Below are positions 32,531-44,556 of a stretch of 64,000 nucleotides of DNA, piece by piece. Both the position numbers and the translations under genes were made by a program. This stretch comes from an uncultured Planctomycetota bacterium. GTDB lineage: Bacteria > Planctomycetota > Planctomycetia > Gemmatales > Gemmataceae. The notes under the pieces are model-generated. The model did no database searches. It was not told where the DNA came from and was given only the letters and a program-made list of their open reading frames with translations. The stretch covers positions 576,001-640,000 of the forward strand of contig CAWKHF010000005.1 of assembly GCA_963849325.1 (NCBI GenBank). The letters run 5' to 3'. How positions within the stretch are numbered: the stretch's first letter is position 1; every line of letters begins with the position of its first letter.

Positions 32531-34284
32531 TAGACGACCTCCTTGATCTTGTTTTCCAGGACCGTTTTGAGGATCTCCGGAGCGAACTTTTCGCCGCGGA
32601 TGAGCGATTTGGCGAAGTGCCAGGCCTGCTTCATGGTGGCGTGGCCGGGCATCGGCGGTTCGTGCGGATCGACCACCGCCTGCACGACGGCCGGACCCTG
32701 CACCGCGAACGCCTTGCGCAGCGTCTCCTCGCACTTCTCCGGGTCTTCGATGGTGAAACCGGGACAGCCGACCGCCTCGGCGTACTTGGCGAAGTCGATC
32801 GGGTGCAGCTCGACGCCGAATTGCGGGTTGGCCTCCATGACGATCTGCTCCCACTTGATCTGGCCGAGCGTGTTGTTCTTGATGATGACGACCTTGACGG
32901 GCAGCTTGTACTTGACGATGGTGGCCAACTCGCACATGAGCATGGCGAAGCCGCCGTCGCCGATGAAGCAGAGCACCTGTCGGCCCGGATAGGCGATGGC
33001 CGCGCCGACCGAGTACGGCAGGGCGTTGGCCATGGTCGCCAACATGCCGGTGCAGGAAAACATCATCTTGTCGCGGATCTTGAGGTAGCGCGACGCCCAG
33101 GTCGTCACCGTGCCGCAGTCGCAGGCGATGATGGCGTCGTCGGCCAGGAACTTGTTCAGCTGGGCCGTCACCACCTGCGGCTTCATCGGCTTGTCCTTGC
33201 GGGTAGCGCGTTCGTCCATCAACTCGCGCCACTCCTTGACGTTCTTCTGCGCCGTCTCCAGAAAACTTCGGTCCTTCTTCGGCTGGACCATCGGCAGGAG
33301 CGCTTCCAGGACGCGGCGGCAATCGCCGACCAGCGGGACGTCCACGGGGTAGCGCAGGCCGATGCGAGCGGCGTCGAGATCGATCTGCACGCACTTGGCC
33401 TGTCCCGGCTTGGGCAGAAACTGCACGTAGGGGAAATTGCTGCCGATGATGAAGAAGGTATCGCACGCCATCATGGCGTCCTGCGACGGCGCCGTGCCCA
33501 GCAGTCCCATCCCGCCGGTTGCATAGGGGCTGTCGTCGAGCAACACCGCCTTGCCGAGCAGGGCGTTGGCGACCGGAGCGCCGAGTTTCTCGGCTGCTTG
33601 CGTGACGGCCTCGCGGGCCTGCAAGGCGCCGCGGCCGGTCAGGATGGCGACCTTCTTGCCGGCGTTGAGGATGTCGGCCGCCTTTTGCAGCAGATCGCGC
33701 GACGGCAACGGGCTGGCCGCCGCGAACGTATCGCCGCTGTGGCCGGCGATGTTCATGCTGGAGCGCGGCACCTCGTCCGCCGTCCACTCCTGGATGTCCT
33801 TGGGGATGGTAATGTGCGACACGCCGCGCCGCGCCAGCGCCGTGCGGATGGCCTCGTCCACCACGTTATGGACGTGGGTCGGACCCATGAGGCGCTCGTT
33901 GTAGACGGACACGTCCATGAACACCTTGTCGAGATCCACGTCCTGCTGGAATTGAGTGCCGATCATGTCGTGGAAGGTGTGGCCGGTGATGGCCAGGACG
34001 GGCTGGTTGTCGTACTTGGCGTCGTACAGGCCGTTGAGCAGGTGGATGCCGCCCGGTCCCGAGGTGGCCACGCACACGCCGAGCGAGCCGGTGTACTTGG
34101 CATAGCCGCAGGCCGCGAAGGCCGCCGCCTCCTCGTGCCGGACCTGAATGAACTGGATCTTGTCCTGGTGCGTACGCAGCGCCTCGAAGAAGCCGTTGAT
34201 GCCGTCGCCGGGGAGGCCGAAGATCACCTTCACGCCCCAGTCGATCAGTCGTTCGAGCAGCAGGTCGGCCACAGTCTTTGCCAT
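32530..34284 (-). CDS. TPP-dependent pyruvate oxidase/dehydrogenase (PoxB-like)
   Basis: FGLPGDGIN, VRHEEAAAF, SGPGGIHLLNGLYDAK, GDGGFAM...NN. Confidence 0.92.
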   Translation of the reverse strand: MAKTVADLLLERLIDWGVKVIFGLPGDGINGFFEALRTHQDKIQFIQVRHEEAAAFAACGYAKYTGSLGVCVATSGPGGIHLLNGLYDAKYDNQPVLAITGHTFHDMIGTQFQQDVDLDKVFMDVSVYNERLMGPTHVHNVVDEAIRTALARRGVSHITIPKDIQEWTADEVPRSSMNIAGHSGDTFAAASPLPSRDLLQKAADILNAGKKVAILTGRGALQAREAVTQAAEKLGAPVANALLGKAVLLDDSPYATGGMGLLGTAPSQDAMMACDTFFIIGSNFPYVQFLPKPGQAKCVQIDLDAARIGLRYPVDVPLVGDCRRVLEALLPMVQPKKDRSFLETAQKNVKEWRELMDERATRKDKPMKPQVVTAQLNKFLADDAIIACDCGTVTTWASRYLKIRDKMMFSCTGMLATMANALPYSVGAAIAYPGRQVLCFIGDGGFAMLMCELATIVKYKLPVKVVIIKNNTLGQIKWEQIVMEANPQFGVELHPIDFAKYAEAVGCPGFTIEDPEKCEETLRKAFAVQGPAVVQAVVDPHEPPMPGHATMKQAWHFAKSLIRGEKFAPEILKTVLENKIKEVV

Positions 34285-34382
34285 GTCGCATTCTCCATTT
34301 TTGTGCAACCCAGTGATGCGTGGCCCGGCCTCCCGGACCCCCGATTTCAGTCCATTGCTGGCGGCTTCGCGTCCAGAGAACG

Positions 34383-34534
34383 CTAAGTGTCTGTCCGTTA
34401 AGCCCCTCTCCCCCGTACTCGGGGGAGAGGGGTTGGGGTGAGGGGGTGCGGTTTCCCAGGGTTTGCCGCCCCCTCACCCCCTACCCCTCTCCCCCGAGTA
34501 CGGGGGAGAGGGGGCTTCCGCGACAGACTCTCAG
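34383..34534. mobile_element. MITE-like composite: GAGTCTGTC-type termini enclosing a family C palindrome
   Basis: ctaagtgtctgtc ... gacagactctcag flanking the CCCCTCTCCCCC double hairpin (34401-34517). Confidence 0.55.
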
Positions 34535-34546
34535 CCGCCAGCGCCT

Positions 34547-37422
34547 TCACGACGGTACGGTCAACGTGTGCGGCGCACGGTGCAGGATCTCCGTATTGAG
34601 CCACGCCAGCTGCCGTTTGTTCTGCCCCTGCAAGTGATGGCACGTCTCCAGCAAATCCTTGTCTCGCAGTGCCTGCGCTGCCTGCATCACCGTCGTCAGC
34701 AGAACCTGTACCTCGGTGGCCAGCACGAACAGGTTTTGCAGGTCGCGCAGCAATCCCAGCGCGCCGACGTGCGTGGGACCGAACATTTCCTTGCGCAGGT
34801 CGGCCGGCTCGGACGAATCGCGCCGGCCGTACTTCGCCCGAAACGGCCCCAGCGCCTCGACCGCCTCGCGGGAGAATCCCGCCAGCATCGACAGGATGTA
34901 GCGGACCTCCGTCTCGTCGATGTGATGCCCCGCCACGGTCTGACACGCCTTGGCGAACTGCTCGTTGGCGTCGGCGAGCAGGCCGAGGTGATCGGGTACG
35001 TGGCTGCGCGATTCGTGGGCGGCGGACAGCACCTTGTCCGTCAGTTCCTTGGCTCGGTCCACGATCTTCGAGGCCACGTCCGCCGCTCGTTGGCCGAGCG
35101 AGGGCTGCGCCGTGCCGGCCTTGCGCAGCTGTACCGCGGCCGTCTTGTAGAGCGGCTGCTTGCTGACGGGATCCCAGGCGGTCAGGGTCAGTTCGTTGGC
35201 CGCCCGCTCGTGATCGGGATCCTTCTCGTCCCAGTAGCCGTAGTGGAAGGGGATGAAGAGATGGCCCGGCAAGATGTCGCCGATGCGCAGCGGGGCTGCG
35301 CACCGTACCGCGCCGCGAGGACACTTCCACCAACGTCGCCCTCCTGGATGCCCAGTCGCCCGGCGTCCTCGGCCGCCATCTCCACGAACGATTCCGGGGC
35401 CGCTTGCTGAAGCTCCGGGCAGCGGCCGGTCTTGGTGCGCGTGTGGAAGTGGTAGACGAGCCGGCCGGTCGTCAACCAAAACGGATACTCCTTGTCCGGT
35501 TCTTCCGGCGGCGGCAGGTAGTTCGCCGCCTTGAGGATCGCCCGCCCTCTCGGATCGTTGGCCCGGTACTCCTCCTCGGTGATGGAGGCGCCGGTCTCCA
35601 GGTCGTGGCCATAGGTCTCGCACACCTCGGAGGCGGTGCGGAAAACGAAATCGGTGTAGATGCGTTCGCATCCGTCGGGGTACTTGTCGTTGCACGGCCA
35701 GGGGATGCCGGAACCGGCGCGGAGCTTGGCGTAGCTGAGGCCGCTGTAGTCGATGAACAGGCCGCGCGTCGCCTCCTTCCAGTGGTTGAAGGCGCCCTCG
35801 GCGTCGTCCACTTGACGAGCGGTTGGCCGTCCTTGTCGCGGAAGTCCATGCGCCGCGCGAAGTCGAGCAGGATGTCGAGATCGGCGCGGGCCTCGCCGGG
35901 AGGATCGATGGCCTTGTGCGAGATGTGGACGGTGCGGTCGGCGTTGGTGAACGTGCCGGTCTTCTCGCCCCAGATGGCGGCCGGCAGCACCAGGTCGGCC
36001 AGCTGTCGCCGTCTCCGTCAAAAAGGCGTCCTGCACGACGACGAACAGCCCCTTCGGTGCGCAGAATCTTGCGGATGCGGTGCAGCTCCGGCAGCGACAC
36101 GGCCGGGATTGGTCGCCATGATCCACAGCAACTTGATCGAGCCGGTCTCGGCGTGGCGAAAAATCTCCAGGGCGTGGGCGTGCGTGTGCCAGTGGGGGAT
36201 GGTGAGCGGATCGACGTTCCAGCGGCGGGCCAGCTCCCGGACGTGGGCGGCGTTGAGCGGGTTGAGACCGAAGGGGAACTCGCCGTCGCAGCCGCATTCG
36301 CGCGTGTTCTGCGACGTCGGCTGGCCATTCATCTGGAAGATGCCGCAGCCGGGCTTGCCGATCAGCCCGCGAATGAGGTTCAAGTTGTTGACCTGGCAGG
36401 CGGCGGCGCCCGCCTGGTTGGACTGGTAGACGCCTTGCAGGACCACGGACACCAGCGTTGGCGTGGACGTCAGAATCTCGGCGGCGGCGCGAAGTTTGTC
36501 CACAGGGATGCCGGTGATGTCGCGGACGCGCTCGGGCGGATAGTTGCGGACGACCTGCTCCAGCTTCTCGAAACCAACGGTGTGCTCCTGGACGAAGGCG
36601 CGATCGACGCCGCCGTTTTGAATGACGAGATGGAGCAGCCCATTCAGGACGGCCACATTCGTCCCCGCGCGGGGCGAGGTGGACGTCGGCCTCGCGCGCC
36701 GTCGCCGTCTTGCGCGGATCGACGACGACGAGGCGCGGCGGCCGCGGGCCGCGGCGGCGGTCCAGCAGGCGCATCCACAGCACCGTTTTGGTCATCGCCA
36801 TGTCCGAGCCGATGATGAAGACGCCGTCGGCGACATCGACATCGACGTAAGAACAGGGCTGGCCATCGGTGCCGAACGTCTCGCGCATGGCGATGGACGC
36901 CGTCGCGGTACAGAGGCGGGTGTTGCCGTCGAGGTGGTTGGTGCCCAGGCCGCCGTGGGCGATGAGGCTCAGCGTGTAATACTCTTCGAGGAAGAACTGG
37001 CCGGTGTTGTAGAAGCCGACGGCCCCGCCGGTGTACTGGTCACGCACTTCCCGCGTCCGGCGGACGAGCAGGTCCATGGCCTCGTCCCAGGACGCTTCAC
37101 GGAAACGGTCTCCTTCGCGGATCAGCGGACGGGTCAGCCGATCGGGACTGTGGTTGGCGCGCCAGCCATACAGCCCCTTGGGACCGAGCCGGCCGCGATT
37201 GACGCGATCGACGCCCCGGCCACGCACACCGACGATGCGATTGTCCTTGACGCCGATGTCCAGGGCACAGCCATTGGCACACAAGACGCACGCCGACTGC
37301 ACCCAATGGTCCGGCTGCTCGTCCAATCGCTCATCAACGCGCACCGGCCATTGTCCTTCCCCCTCGTAGGGTGTGCGTGGCCCCCAGATGTCTTCGATGC
37401 TGTTGCGCGTCTCACGAAACAC
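34547..37422 (-). CDS. Molybdopterin (bis-MGD) oxidoreductase, nitrate reductase-like, with C-terminal helical extension; frameshifted
   Basis: SACVLCANGC, GRLGPKG, DRLTRPL, DGNTRLCTATA, VVQDAFLTET, EKTGTFTNADR, LTTGRLVYHFHTRTKT, DPVSKQPLYK. Confidence 0.88.
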
Positions 37423-37532
37423 ATCGGCCTCCTCATCGAGCCGAACAAGTCCGGCCGTGGGCGTCTCGTTTGCGTAGCCTGGTTCTCATCGCCGCGCATT
37501 CGGGTGCGCCAGCGTCAATCCGCCTTCCCAGT

Positions 37533-37606
37533 ACCTCGTTTAGCCGCGACGCGCAGCGGAGCGCGAGTGCCGACGCGCTCCGCTGCGCGTCGCGGCTAAA
37601 CGAGGT
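37533..37606. repeat. Palindromic REP-like element, family A
   Basis: Near-identical to 4498 and 31256 copies. Confidence 0.9.
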
Positions 37607-37658
37607 GCTCGCAAATGCGATGCCTCTTGCCGCCTTCCGGCCAATCGTTAAGCGTTTG

Positions 37659-38833
37659 TCACTTCGCCGGCCCGTCCTTGTCGGCGATGAAGACGCGATA
37701 GCGCGGCAATTGGTCGATCACCGACTCCGGCCGGTCCGAAGTTGGCGGCCAGCAGATAATCCGGGTTGGCGGCCAACCACTGCGACAGGTCGATGGCCTG
37801 GTAATGGCCGGTGTTGAAGGCGATCAGGACGCGGGCCGGCTTCTCGTCGCTGTCGTTCTCGATGGAGTGGCCGAAGCCGGTCGGGACGTAGCCGACGTCG
37901 CCGGCGTTGAACGTCTCCTGGCGCCAGCGGCCCTTCGAGCCGAAGAGGCTGATGCGGACGCGGCCGGAGATGACGTACTGCCATTCGTCGGCGTTGGGGT
38001 GCCAGTGCAGCTCGCGCAGGCCGCCGGGATTGAGGTCGAGGATCACGCCGGTGACGGTTGTGGAGATGGGGAAACGATCCTGACCGATGCGCCATTCGCG
38101 GCCGCCGCTGTGCAGCGAGTGCGGCTTCTCGGCCAACATGCGGAACTTGTGCGTGTTGGGCGGCGGATCGAGCGCCTTGCGATGTTCGGGCTGGATGTCG
38201 TCGGGCGGCACGGGACCGCGAGCAAAATAGACCTCCTTGGTCGGAAATTTGTCGAAGTCCTTTTCGGGCAGGCCAAGGTTCTTGGCCAGCAGACGGTGCG
38301 GCGTATGTCCGATCCAGTCGGTGACGCTGAAGGTGGAGAACTCGGAGAAATAGCCGTTGTCGAAGACGAGGACGAAATGACAGGGCTTGTGGCCGAGGCA
38401 CTGGATGGAGTGGCCGTGGCCGCGCGGGAAATACCAGATGTCGCCGGGGTCGAAGTCGTTGGTTTCGGCGTGGCCCTCGGGGTCGATGACGGTGGTACGG
38501 CAGCGTCCTTCGATGACGAAGGCCCATTCGGCGGCGGTGGCGTGCCAGTGCAGCTCGCGCATGGCGCCCGGCTCCAGCCGCATCGACACGCCGGCGATGC
38601 CCTTGGAGATGGGCAGCTGCTTGACCGTGGCCTCCTTGCCGGAGCTGCCGCCGATGACCTTGCCCTTGCGTGTCTTCCAGGGCGAAGCGAAACGTCGGCA
38701 ATTCGTCGCCGTCGAGCAGGGGGTCGGGTTGGTTGACGAGGTCGGTAGGGGTCGGCTGGGCCGCCGCCTCTGCCAGGATCGCGGTCGCGGCCGCTGAACC
38801 GACCAAAAAATGGCGACGTGTCAACTCCGACAT
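37659..38833 (-). CDS. oxdC: Oxalate decarboxylase-like bicupin with Tat signal; frameshifted
   Basis: TRRHFL; RELHWHATAAEW, WYFPRGHGHSIQ, RELHWHPNADEWQY, GHSIEN. Confidence 0.88.
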
Positions 38834-39024
38834 GATGTCTCCTTGGGACGTGAGGTTTCCTGGTAACAAGGTGGGCTTGTGCGACAAGGGTTGAGCAATG
38901 CTCGTGCCAACCAGGCGAGCGGGACCGGATGAGCGTCCCGAGGAACGTGGTCCCGCATCGCGCTCGGTCCCATAGTATAATCGCGTGCCCTCTCGGTGCG
39001 TTCTGGCGGGAAGTGGGTTCGTTC

Positions 39025-41402
39025 ATGCGCTGGTCCATCATTCGTCTCATCTGGATGCGAGAGTTGCGCGACCAGCTGCGCGACCGCCGCACCGTCTTCA
39101 TGATTGCCGTGCTGCCGGTGCTGCTCTACCCGCTCGCCGGCTTCGGCGTCATGCAGCTGGCGCTGGGCTACCTGGGCAAACCGACCGTCATCGGCGTGCA
39201 GGGCCGGCAGTATCTTCCTCCGTTGACATCCCACTGCACCGCTTTCAGCCCCGTACCCGCCCTGTCCTGGCTGACCGTCACGCCTGCCGCTCCCGGCGTC
39301 CCAATGGCCGGGGCGGAGAGAGTGGTCGCGGCGGCGGCGCTGGCGCAGGCACGGCGGAGCGACCCTCATCAGGACTACCCGCCTCTGTTCCTCTCCGACG
39401 GCGAAAATCTCCGCTTCCCGACGGCGTACCTCGAAACGCCCCAGGAGGCCCGAACGCTCGTCATCCGGCCGCTCGACACGCCGACGCGGGACGCCGACCC
39501 GGCACCGCTCGACCCGAACGACTTCACCCGCCATCTCGACGGCCGACCGCACGACTTCCTGGCGCATGTGGATCGCACCGCGCTGGACAATCGGCAAGTC
39601 GATCTCCTCCTTCATCGTGCCGGCCAACTTCGAGGAGATTTTGCGAGCGGACGGCCGACCGCTGCTCTACGTCCTGACGCGCGAAGGCGACGAGCGTTCG
39701 CGGCTCATGGACAACCGGGTATCTCTGATCCTGCGGCAGTGGAAGAGACATCTCAAGGACGTGCGGCTGCTGCGGCAGGGGTTGCCGGCGGACTACGACG
39801 AGCCGATCGAGGTGCGCGACGCGGCGCGGGCCGGCGCGGCGGGCAAACGGGCCTCCGACGAGTTGCTGGAATGCTCGTGCGTATCTTTCCGTTCATCCTC
39901 GTCATGTGGTCGCTGGCCGGGGCGCTGTATCCGGCCGTCGATCTGTGCGCCGGCGAGAAGGAGCGCGGCACGATGGAGACGCTGCTCATCAGCCCGGCCA
40001 GCCGCGAGGAGATCGTCTGGGGCAAGTTCCTGACCATCTGGGTCTTCAGCGCCGCCACCGCCCTGCTCAACCTGCTCAGCATGGGCGTCACCACCTGGCA
40101 GTTCGGCAGTCTGCTCAGCGCCGGCGCCGCCTTCCGGCCGGCCGCCCTGTTCTGGGCCGTGGCCCTGCTGCTGCCGCTGTCGGCGTTCTTCAGCGCCGTC
40201 TGTCTCGCCGTCGGCGCCTACGCCCGCAGCACCAAGGAAGGTCAGTATTACCTGATGCCGCTGTTCCTCGTCACCATGCCGCTCATCTTTCTGACGCTGG
40301 CGCCGGGAGTCGAGCTGAATCCCTTTTACAGCATGGTGCCGGTGACGGGCGTGGCGCTGTTGTTGCAAAAGCTGATGGCCGTCAAGCCGCCGGACAACGA
40401 TCTGTGGGCCTATTTCGTGCCGGTGCTGGCGCCGATGGTCGTGTATAGCTGGCTGGCCCTGCGCTGGGCCATCGAGCAGTTCCAGCGCGAGGAAGTGCTG
40501 TTCCGCGAGGCCGAGCGCCTCGACTTGAAATTATGGCTGCGGCGATTGTTCCGCGAGAAAGAAGCCCTGCCCAGCGCCGGGCAGGCGCTGTTCTGTTTCG
40601 CCCTGATCTTCGGACTGCACTGGCTGACGCTGGGCGTCGGCGGCCGGGCGCCGGTCGTGGCCTGCAACGCCATCCGTTATCTCGCCTTCGTGGCGGCCCC
40701 GCCGCTGTTCATGGCCCTGCTGCTGACTACGCGGCCGCTGCAAGGGTTGTCGCTGCGCCGGCCGCCGCGATGGGCCTGGCCGTTGGCGGTGGTGCTGGCG
40801 GTCCTGCTGCTGCCGCCGTTCGCCGCCCTGACGCTGTTCGTGCTCGAACAATTCCCGCAAATCCGGCAGACACTGCTGGAAGCGCACGATGCCGGCCGCA
40901 CCGGAGGCGAGACTGCCCGAGCGCGCCGGCCGCGGCTCTGTATCTGTTCGTGTTCGTGCTCCTGCCGGCCGTGTGCGAGGAACTGGCCTTCCGTGGCTTC
41001 ATCCTCACGGGCCTGCTCCGGCGCTTTCGGCCGTGGACGGCCGTGCTCCTCAGCAGTTTCGTCTATGCCCTGTATCAGATGAACGTGTTCCAGGCGGGGC
41101 CGCACTTTTTGCTCGGCATGGTCCTCGCCCTGCTCGTGCTGCGCACCGGCAGCGTCGGCAGTGCGATCGTCTTTCATCTCGTCTGGGAGTTGCTGTTGCG
41201 CGGGCCACTCGTCGAGCCGGAGTTGTTTCGCGTCGTCGCCTGGCTCCAAGGATCGCCGCTGTCGGAATGGGGAATGGTGCTGATCTGCCTGGTCCTGGCC
41301 GCCCCGATCCTTTCCGCCCTCGGTCATCCGCTTTTCGCCCTCCGCCGGAAGGAAGAGGCGGAGGGCGATAAGCGAAAGCTCACCAATCCGAGCCAGGAGT
41401 GA
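39025..41402 (+). CDS. ABC permease (NatB-like) fused to CPBP/Abi intramembrane protease; frameshifted
   Basis: [37 protein letters not shown]. Confidence 0.88.
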
Positions 41403-42282
41403 GACTGTCGTTGGGGACCATGGCGATGTTGAAGCTCTTCTGCGTGATGCTACTGTTGACGTTGCGCACACTGCCGTCGCCCAGGCCCACCAGAAGCACA
41501 CCGGTGTGGCTGCTCGACGGCCAATAATGGACGCAGTTGCTGGCGTTGGTGATGGTGAATTGGGGCTTGATGTTGGGCGACTTGTCCATCGCGCCGGCCT
41601 GATTGGTGCCGACAAGGGGCATGTAGCCGCCGTTGCCGTTGGCCGCCCAACGGGTCCCCGCTGCTCCTCCGCTGGAACAATAAGCCAGTTTCTCGGTCCA
41701 GAAAATGGTGTTGGACAAGCCGTCGGGGATGTCGCGCGGGATCACCGTGCCCCCCTTCCAGTTGAACTTGGTGACGTTCGTGGTGTTCGGCGTCGTGATG
41801 ATCGAGCCGAAGACCTGGCCATTGGCGCCGTAGGAGGCAAAGGAACCCACGGTGTTTCCCGTGGCGGTCATGCCCGCTTTGAGCGTGGCGTCGCTGGGGC
41901 ACTGGTAGACCTTGATGGTAACCTTGCTATTCCCATTCCAGTTACTGGACGAACCGGCCAACTTGATCTGGTTGAACAAGTTTTGTTGCTCGATGTAGGG
42001 GAGTATCCAAACGGTGGGCGGCGCCGACAAACCGGCACCCGCCGTGCTTGGGTAAAACGAATGCGCCGGCGGCAGTTCGCCGTAGGTATCGGCGCAATTC
42101 TGCGTGGCCAGACCGAGTTGTTTGAAATTGTTCTGGCACTGGCTGCGGGCGGCGGCCTCGCGCACTTTCTGCACGGCCGGCAGCAGCAGACCGACAAGGA
42201 CGGCAATAATGGCGATGACCACCAATAACTCGATCAGCGTGAAGGCGGCACGCACACGTGGGCGGGATCTCGGACACTTCAT
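41380..42282 (-). CDS. DUF1559 prepilin-type protein (paralog 2)
   Basis: [44 protein letters not shown]...GLGDGSVR. Confidence 0.93.
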   Translation of the reverse strand: MKCPRSRPRVRAAFTLIELLVVIAIIAVLVGLLLPAVQKVREAAARSQCQNNFKQLGLATQNCADTYGELPPAHSFYPSTAGAGLSAPPTVWILPYIEQQNLFNQIKLAGSSSNWNGNSKVTIKVYQCPSDATLKAGMTATGNTVGSFASYGANGQVFGSIITTPNTTNVTKFNWKGGTVIPRDIPDGLSNTIFWTEKLAYCSSGGAAGTRWAANGNGGYMPLVGTNQAGAMDKSPNIKPQFTITNASNCVHYWPSSSHTGVLLVGLGDGSVRNVNSSITQKSFNIAMVPNDSLTPGSDW

Positions 42283-42330
42283 GAATCAACCTCCTCGAAT
42301 CCTCTACTTGGCCCTGACCGCCCTGGTGCC

Positions 42331-42383
42331 TTCCGTTCGCCGTCGCTCCGCCGGCAGGAACCGGCGGAGGACGGCGAACGGAA
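42331..42383 (-). terminator. GC-rich hairpin downstream of DUF1559 paralog 1
   Basis: ttccgttcgccgtc.ctccgccgg ... ccggcggaggacggcgaacggaa; no U-tract. Confidence 0.45.
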
Positions 42384-42385
42384 TC

Positions 42386-43286
42386 TCACCAGTCCGGGCC
42401 AGGGGTGAGACTATCGTTGGGGACCATGGCGATATTGAAGCTGTTCTTCGAGATGCTGCTGTTGAGGCTGCGCACACTGCCGTCGCCCAGGCCAACCATC
42501 AGCGCGGCGGTGTGGCTGCTCGACGGCCAATAGGCATTGCAGTTCGCGCTGTTGAAGATGTTGAATTGGGGCACGATATTGGGCGACACGCCCAAAGCGT
42601 TTACAACTTTGGAACCGACAAGGGGCGTGGATGCGCCGCCCGCGCCCGCCCAGCGATTGACCGTCCCGCCGCAGTAAGCCAGTCTCTCGGTCCAGAAAAT
42701 GGTGTTGGACAAGCCGTCGGGGATGTCGCGCGCGATCATGGTGCCACCCTTCGTAACGCAAGCGGTGATGTTCGTGGAGTTCGGCGTCGTGGTGATCGAC
42801 CCGAAGACCTGATTATTGGCGGCATACGAGATGAAACTCCCCTGGGAGTCCCCCGAGGCGGTCATGCCCGCCTTGAGCGTGGCATCGCTGGGGCACTGAT
42901 AGATCTTGATGCTGGTGGGGCTTTGCCCATTGTAGTTGATCGGGCTGGAGAGGCTGTTCTGATTACATGAGGCTCTGATAGAGCGGCTGTTGCTCGATAT
43001 AGGGGAGTATCCACACCGTGATCGGCGCCTGCAAGTTGGCAGCCGTGGTCGGGTAATGCCCGTAAGCCGGCGGCAGTTCGCCGCCGTAGGTGTCGGCGGC
43101 GTTCTGCGTGGCCAGGCCGAGTTGCTTGAAATTGTTCTGGCACTGGCTGCGGGCGGCGGCCTCGCGCACTTTCTGCACGGCCGGCAGCAGCAGACCGACG
43201 AGGACGGCAATGATGGCGATCACCACCAGCAGCTCGATCAGCGTGAAGGCGGCGCGCACACGTGGATGGGACCTTGGACGTTCCAT
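42386..43286 (-). CDS. DUF1559 prepilin-type protein (paralog 1); frameshift ~42965
   Basis: Same motifs; colinear with 41380-42282. Confidence 0.9.
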
Positions 43287-43629
43287 GAATCAACCTCCCC
43301 GAATCCTCTATGAAAGAACAAGACCATCAAAAGGGCGGCAGCAGGTGCCTCGCTTTTGATACAACGTGAACGACTTGACTTGGCTATCCACTTGTCGAGG
43401 ATAAGACCGCCGTAGGTTGCCGCGTCAAGGGTCCCACTCGACATTTTTTCCGGAGCAGGGAACGTCGTCCCCGCCGCGCGGAGTCGTCTCCACGCCCCGC
43501 AAGAGAGCCTCGCTGCGCAGCCGCGGCCACGCGCGGCGGCGAAAAGAGCTTGACGATCCGGGTCATCGCCGTTGTGATAAGGTCTGTGGATTTCGTGGTC
43601 CGCGACGTGGTTGCGATGGCGGGAACGAG

Positions 43630-44475
43630 ATGACGCCCAACGAAGCCAAACCGGGGATGTCGATGGCCGATCGGCCCAAGCGCGGAGTGCCCGAAGGGCT
43701 GTGGATTCGCTGTCCCCAGTGCAAGGCCACCATCTTCCGCAAAGAGGCCGAGGCGCGTCTGAACGTCTGTCCCGAATGCGGCTACCATTTCTACCTGCCC
43801 GCGCGCGACCGCATCGCCCAGTTGCTCGACACGGACAGCTTCGAGGAGTGGTTCACCGATCTGCGTCCCTGCGATCCGCTGGAGTTCAAGGACCGGCTGC
43901 CCTACGCCGAGCGTCTGCGGGCGGAGCAGGCCAAGACCGGCATGGCCGACGCGGCCGTGGTCGGACGCGGCTTCATCCGGGGCCGGCCGGTCGTCTTCGG
44001 CGTCACCGACTTCGCCTTCATGGCCGGCAGCATGGGTTCGGTGGTCGGCGAGAAGCTGACGCGCGCCGCCGAGGAGGCGACGCGATTGCAGTTGCCGTTG
44101 TTGTTCGTCAGCGGTTCCGGCGGCGGCGCGCGCATGCAGGAGGGCATTCTGTCGTTGATGCAGATGGCCAAGGTCTCCGCCGCCCTGGGCCGTTACGACC
44201 GCGCCGGCGGCCTGTACGTGTCGATTTTGACCAACCCGACCATGGGCGGCGTCGCCGCCAGCTTCGCCCTGCAGGGCGACATCACCCTGGCCGAGCCGGG
44301 CGCCCTGATCGGCTTCGCCGGCAAACGCACCATCTGGAACACCGTGCGCCTGGAACTGCCCGAGGGCTTTCAGACCAGCGAATTCTTGCTCGAACACGGT
44401 TTCATCGATCGCATCGTCCTGCGCAAGGACCTGCGTACCGAGGTGGCCCAGATCATCGATTACTGCGAACATTAA
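43630..44475 (+). CDS. accD: Acetyl-CoA carboxylase carboxyltransferase beta subunit
   Basis: [48 protein letters not shown]. Confidence 0.96.
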   Translation: MTPNEAKPGMSMADRPKRGVPEGLWIRCPQCKATIFRKEAEARLNVCPECGYHFYLPARDRIAQLLDTDSFEEWFTDLRPCDPLEFKDRLPYAERLRAEQAKTGMADAAVVGRGFIRGRPVVFGVTDFAFMAGSMGSVVGEKLTRAAEEATRLQLPLLFVSGSGGGARMQEGILSLMQMAKVSAALGRYDRAGGLYVSILTNPTMGGVAASFALQGDITLAEPGALIGFAGKRTIWNTVRLELPEGFQTSEFLLEHGFIDRIVLRKDLRTEVAQIIDYCEH

Positions 44476-44476
44476 A

Positions 44477-44543
44477 AGGGGTCAGGGGTCAGGGTTCAGG
44501 GGTCAGCCATTCTGACCCCTGACCCCTGACCCCTGACCCCTGA
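44477..44543. repeat. Heptamer tandem inverted repeat (GGGGTCA)n/(TGACCCC)n
   Basis: About four units per arm. Confidence 0.85.
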
Positions 44544-44556
44544 AAGAGGTCTGGTT

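Noticed and set aside
4498-37606. Recurrent palindromes as a CRISPR array or integron attC sites
   Set aside because: They are dispersed single copies with no repeat-spacer periodicity, no cas or integrase gene, and they flank ordinary metabolic genes. Family A ends (GTTTAG..CTAAAC) are oriented opposite to attC cores.
41380-43286. DUF1559 pair as a diversity-generating retroelement TR/VR
   Set aside because: No reverse transcriptase in the window; both copies are full genes and differences are not adenine-specific.
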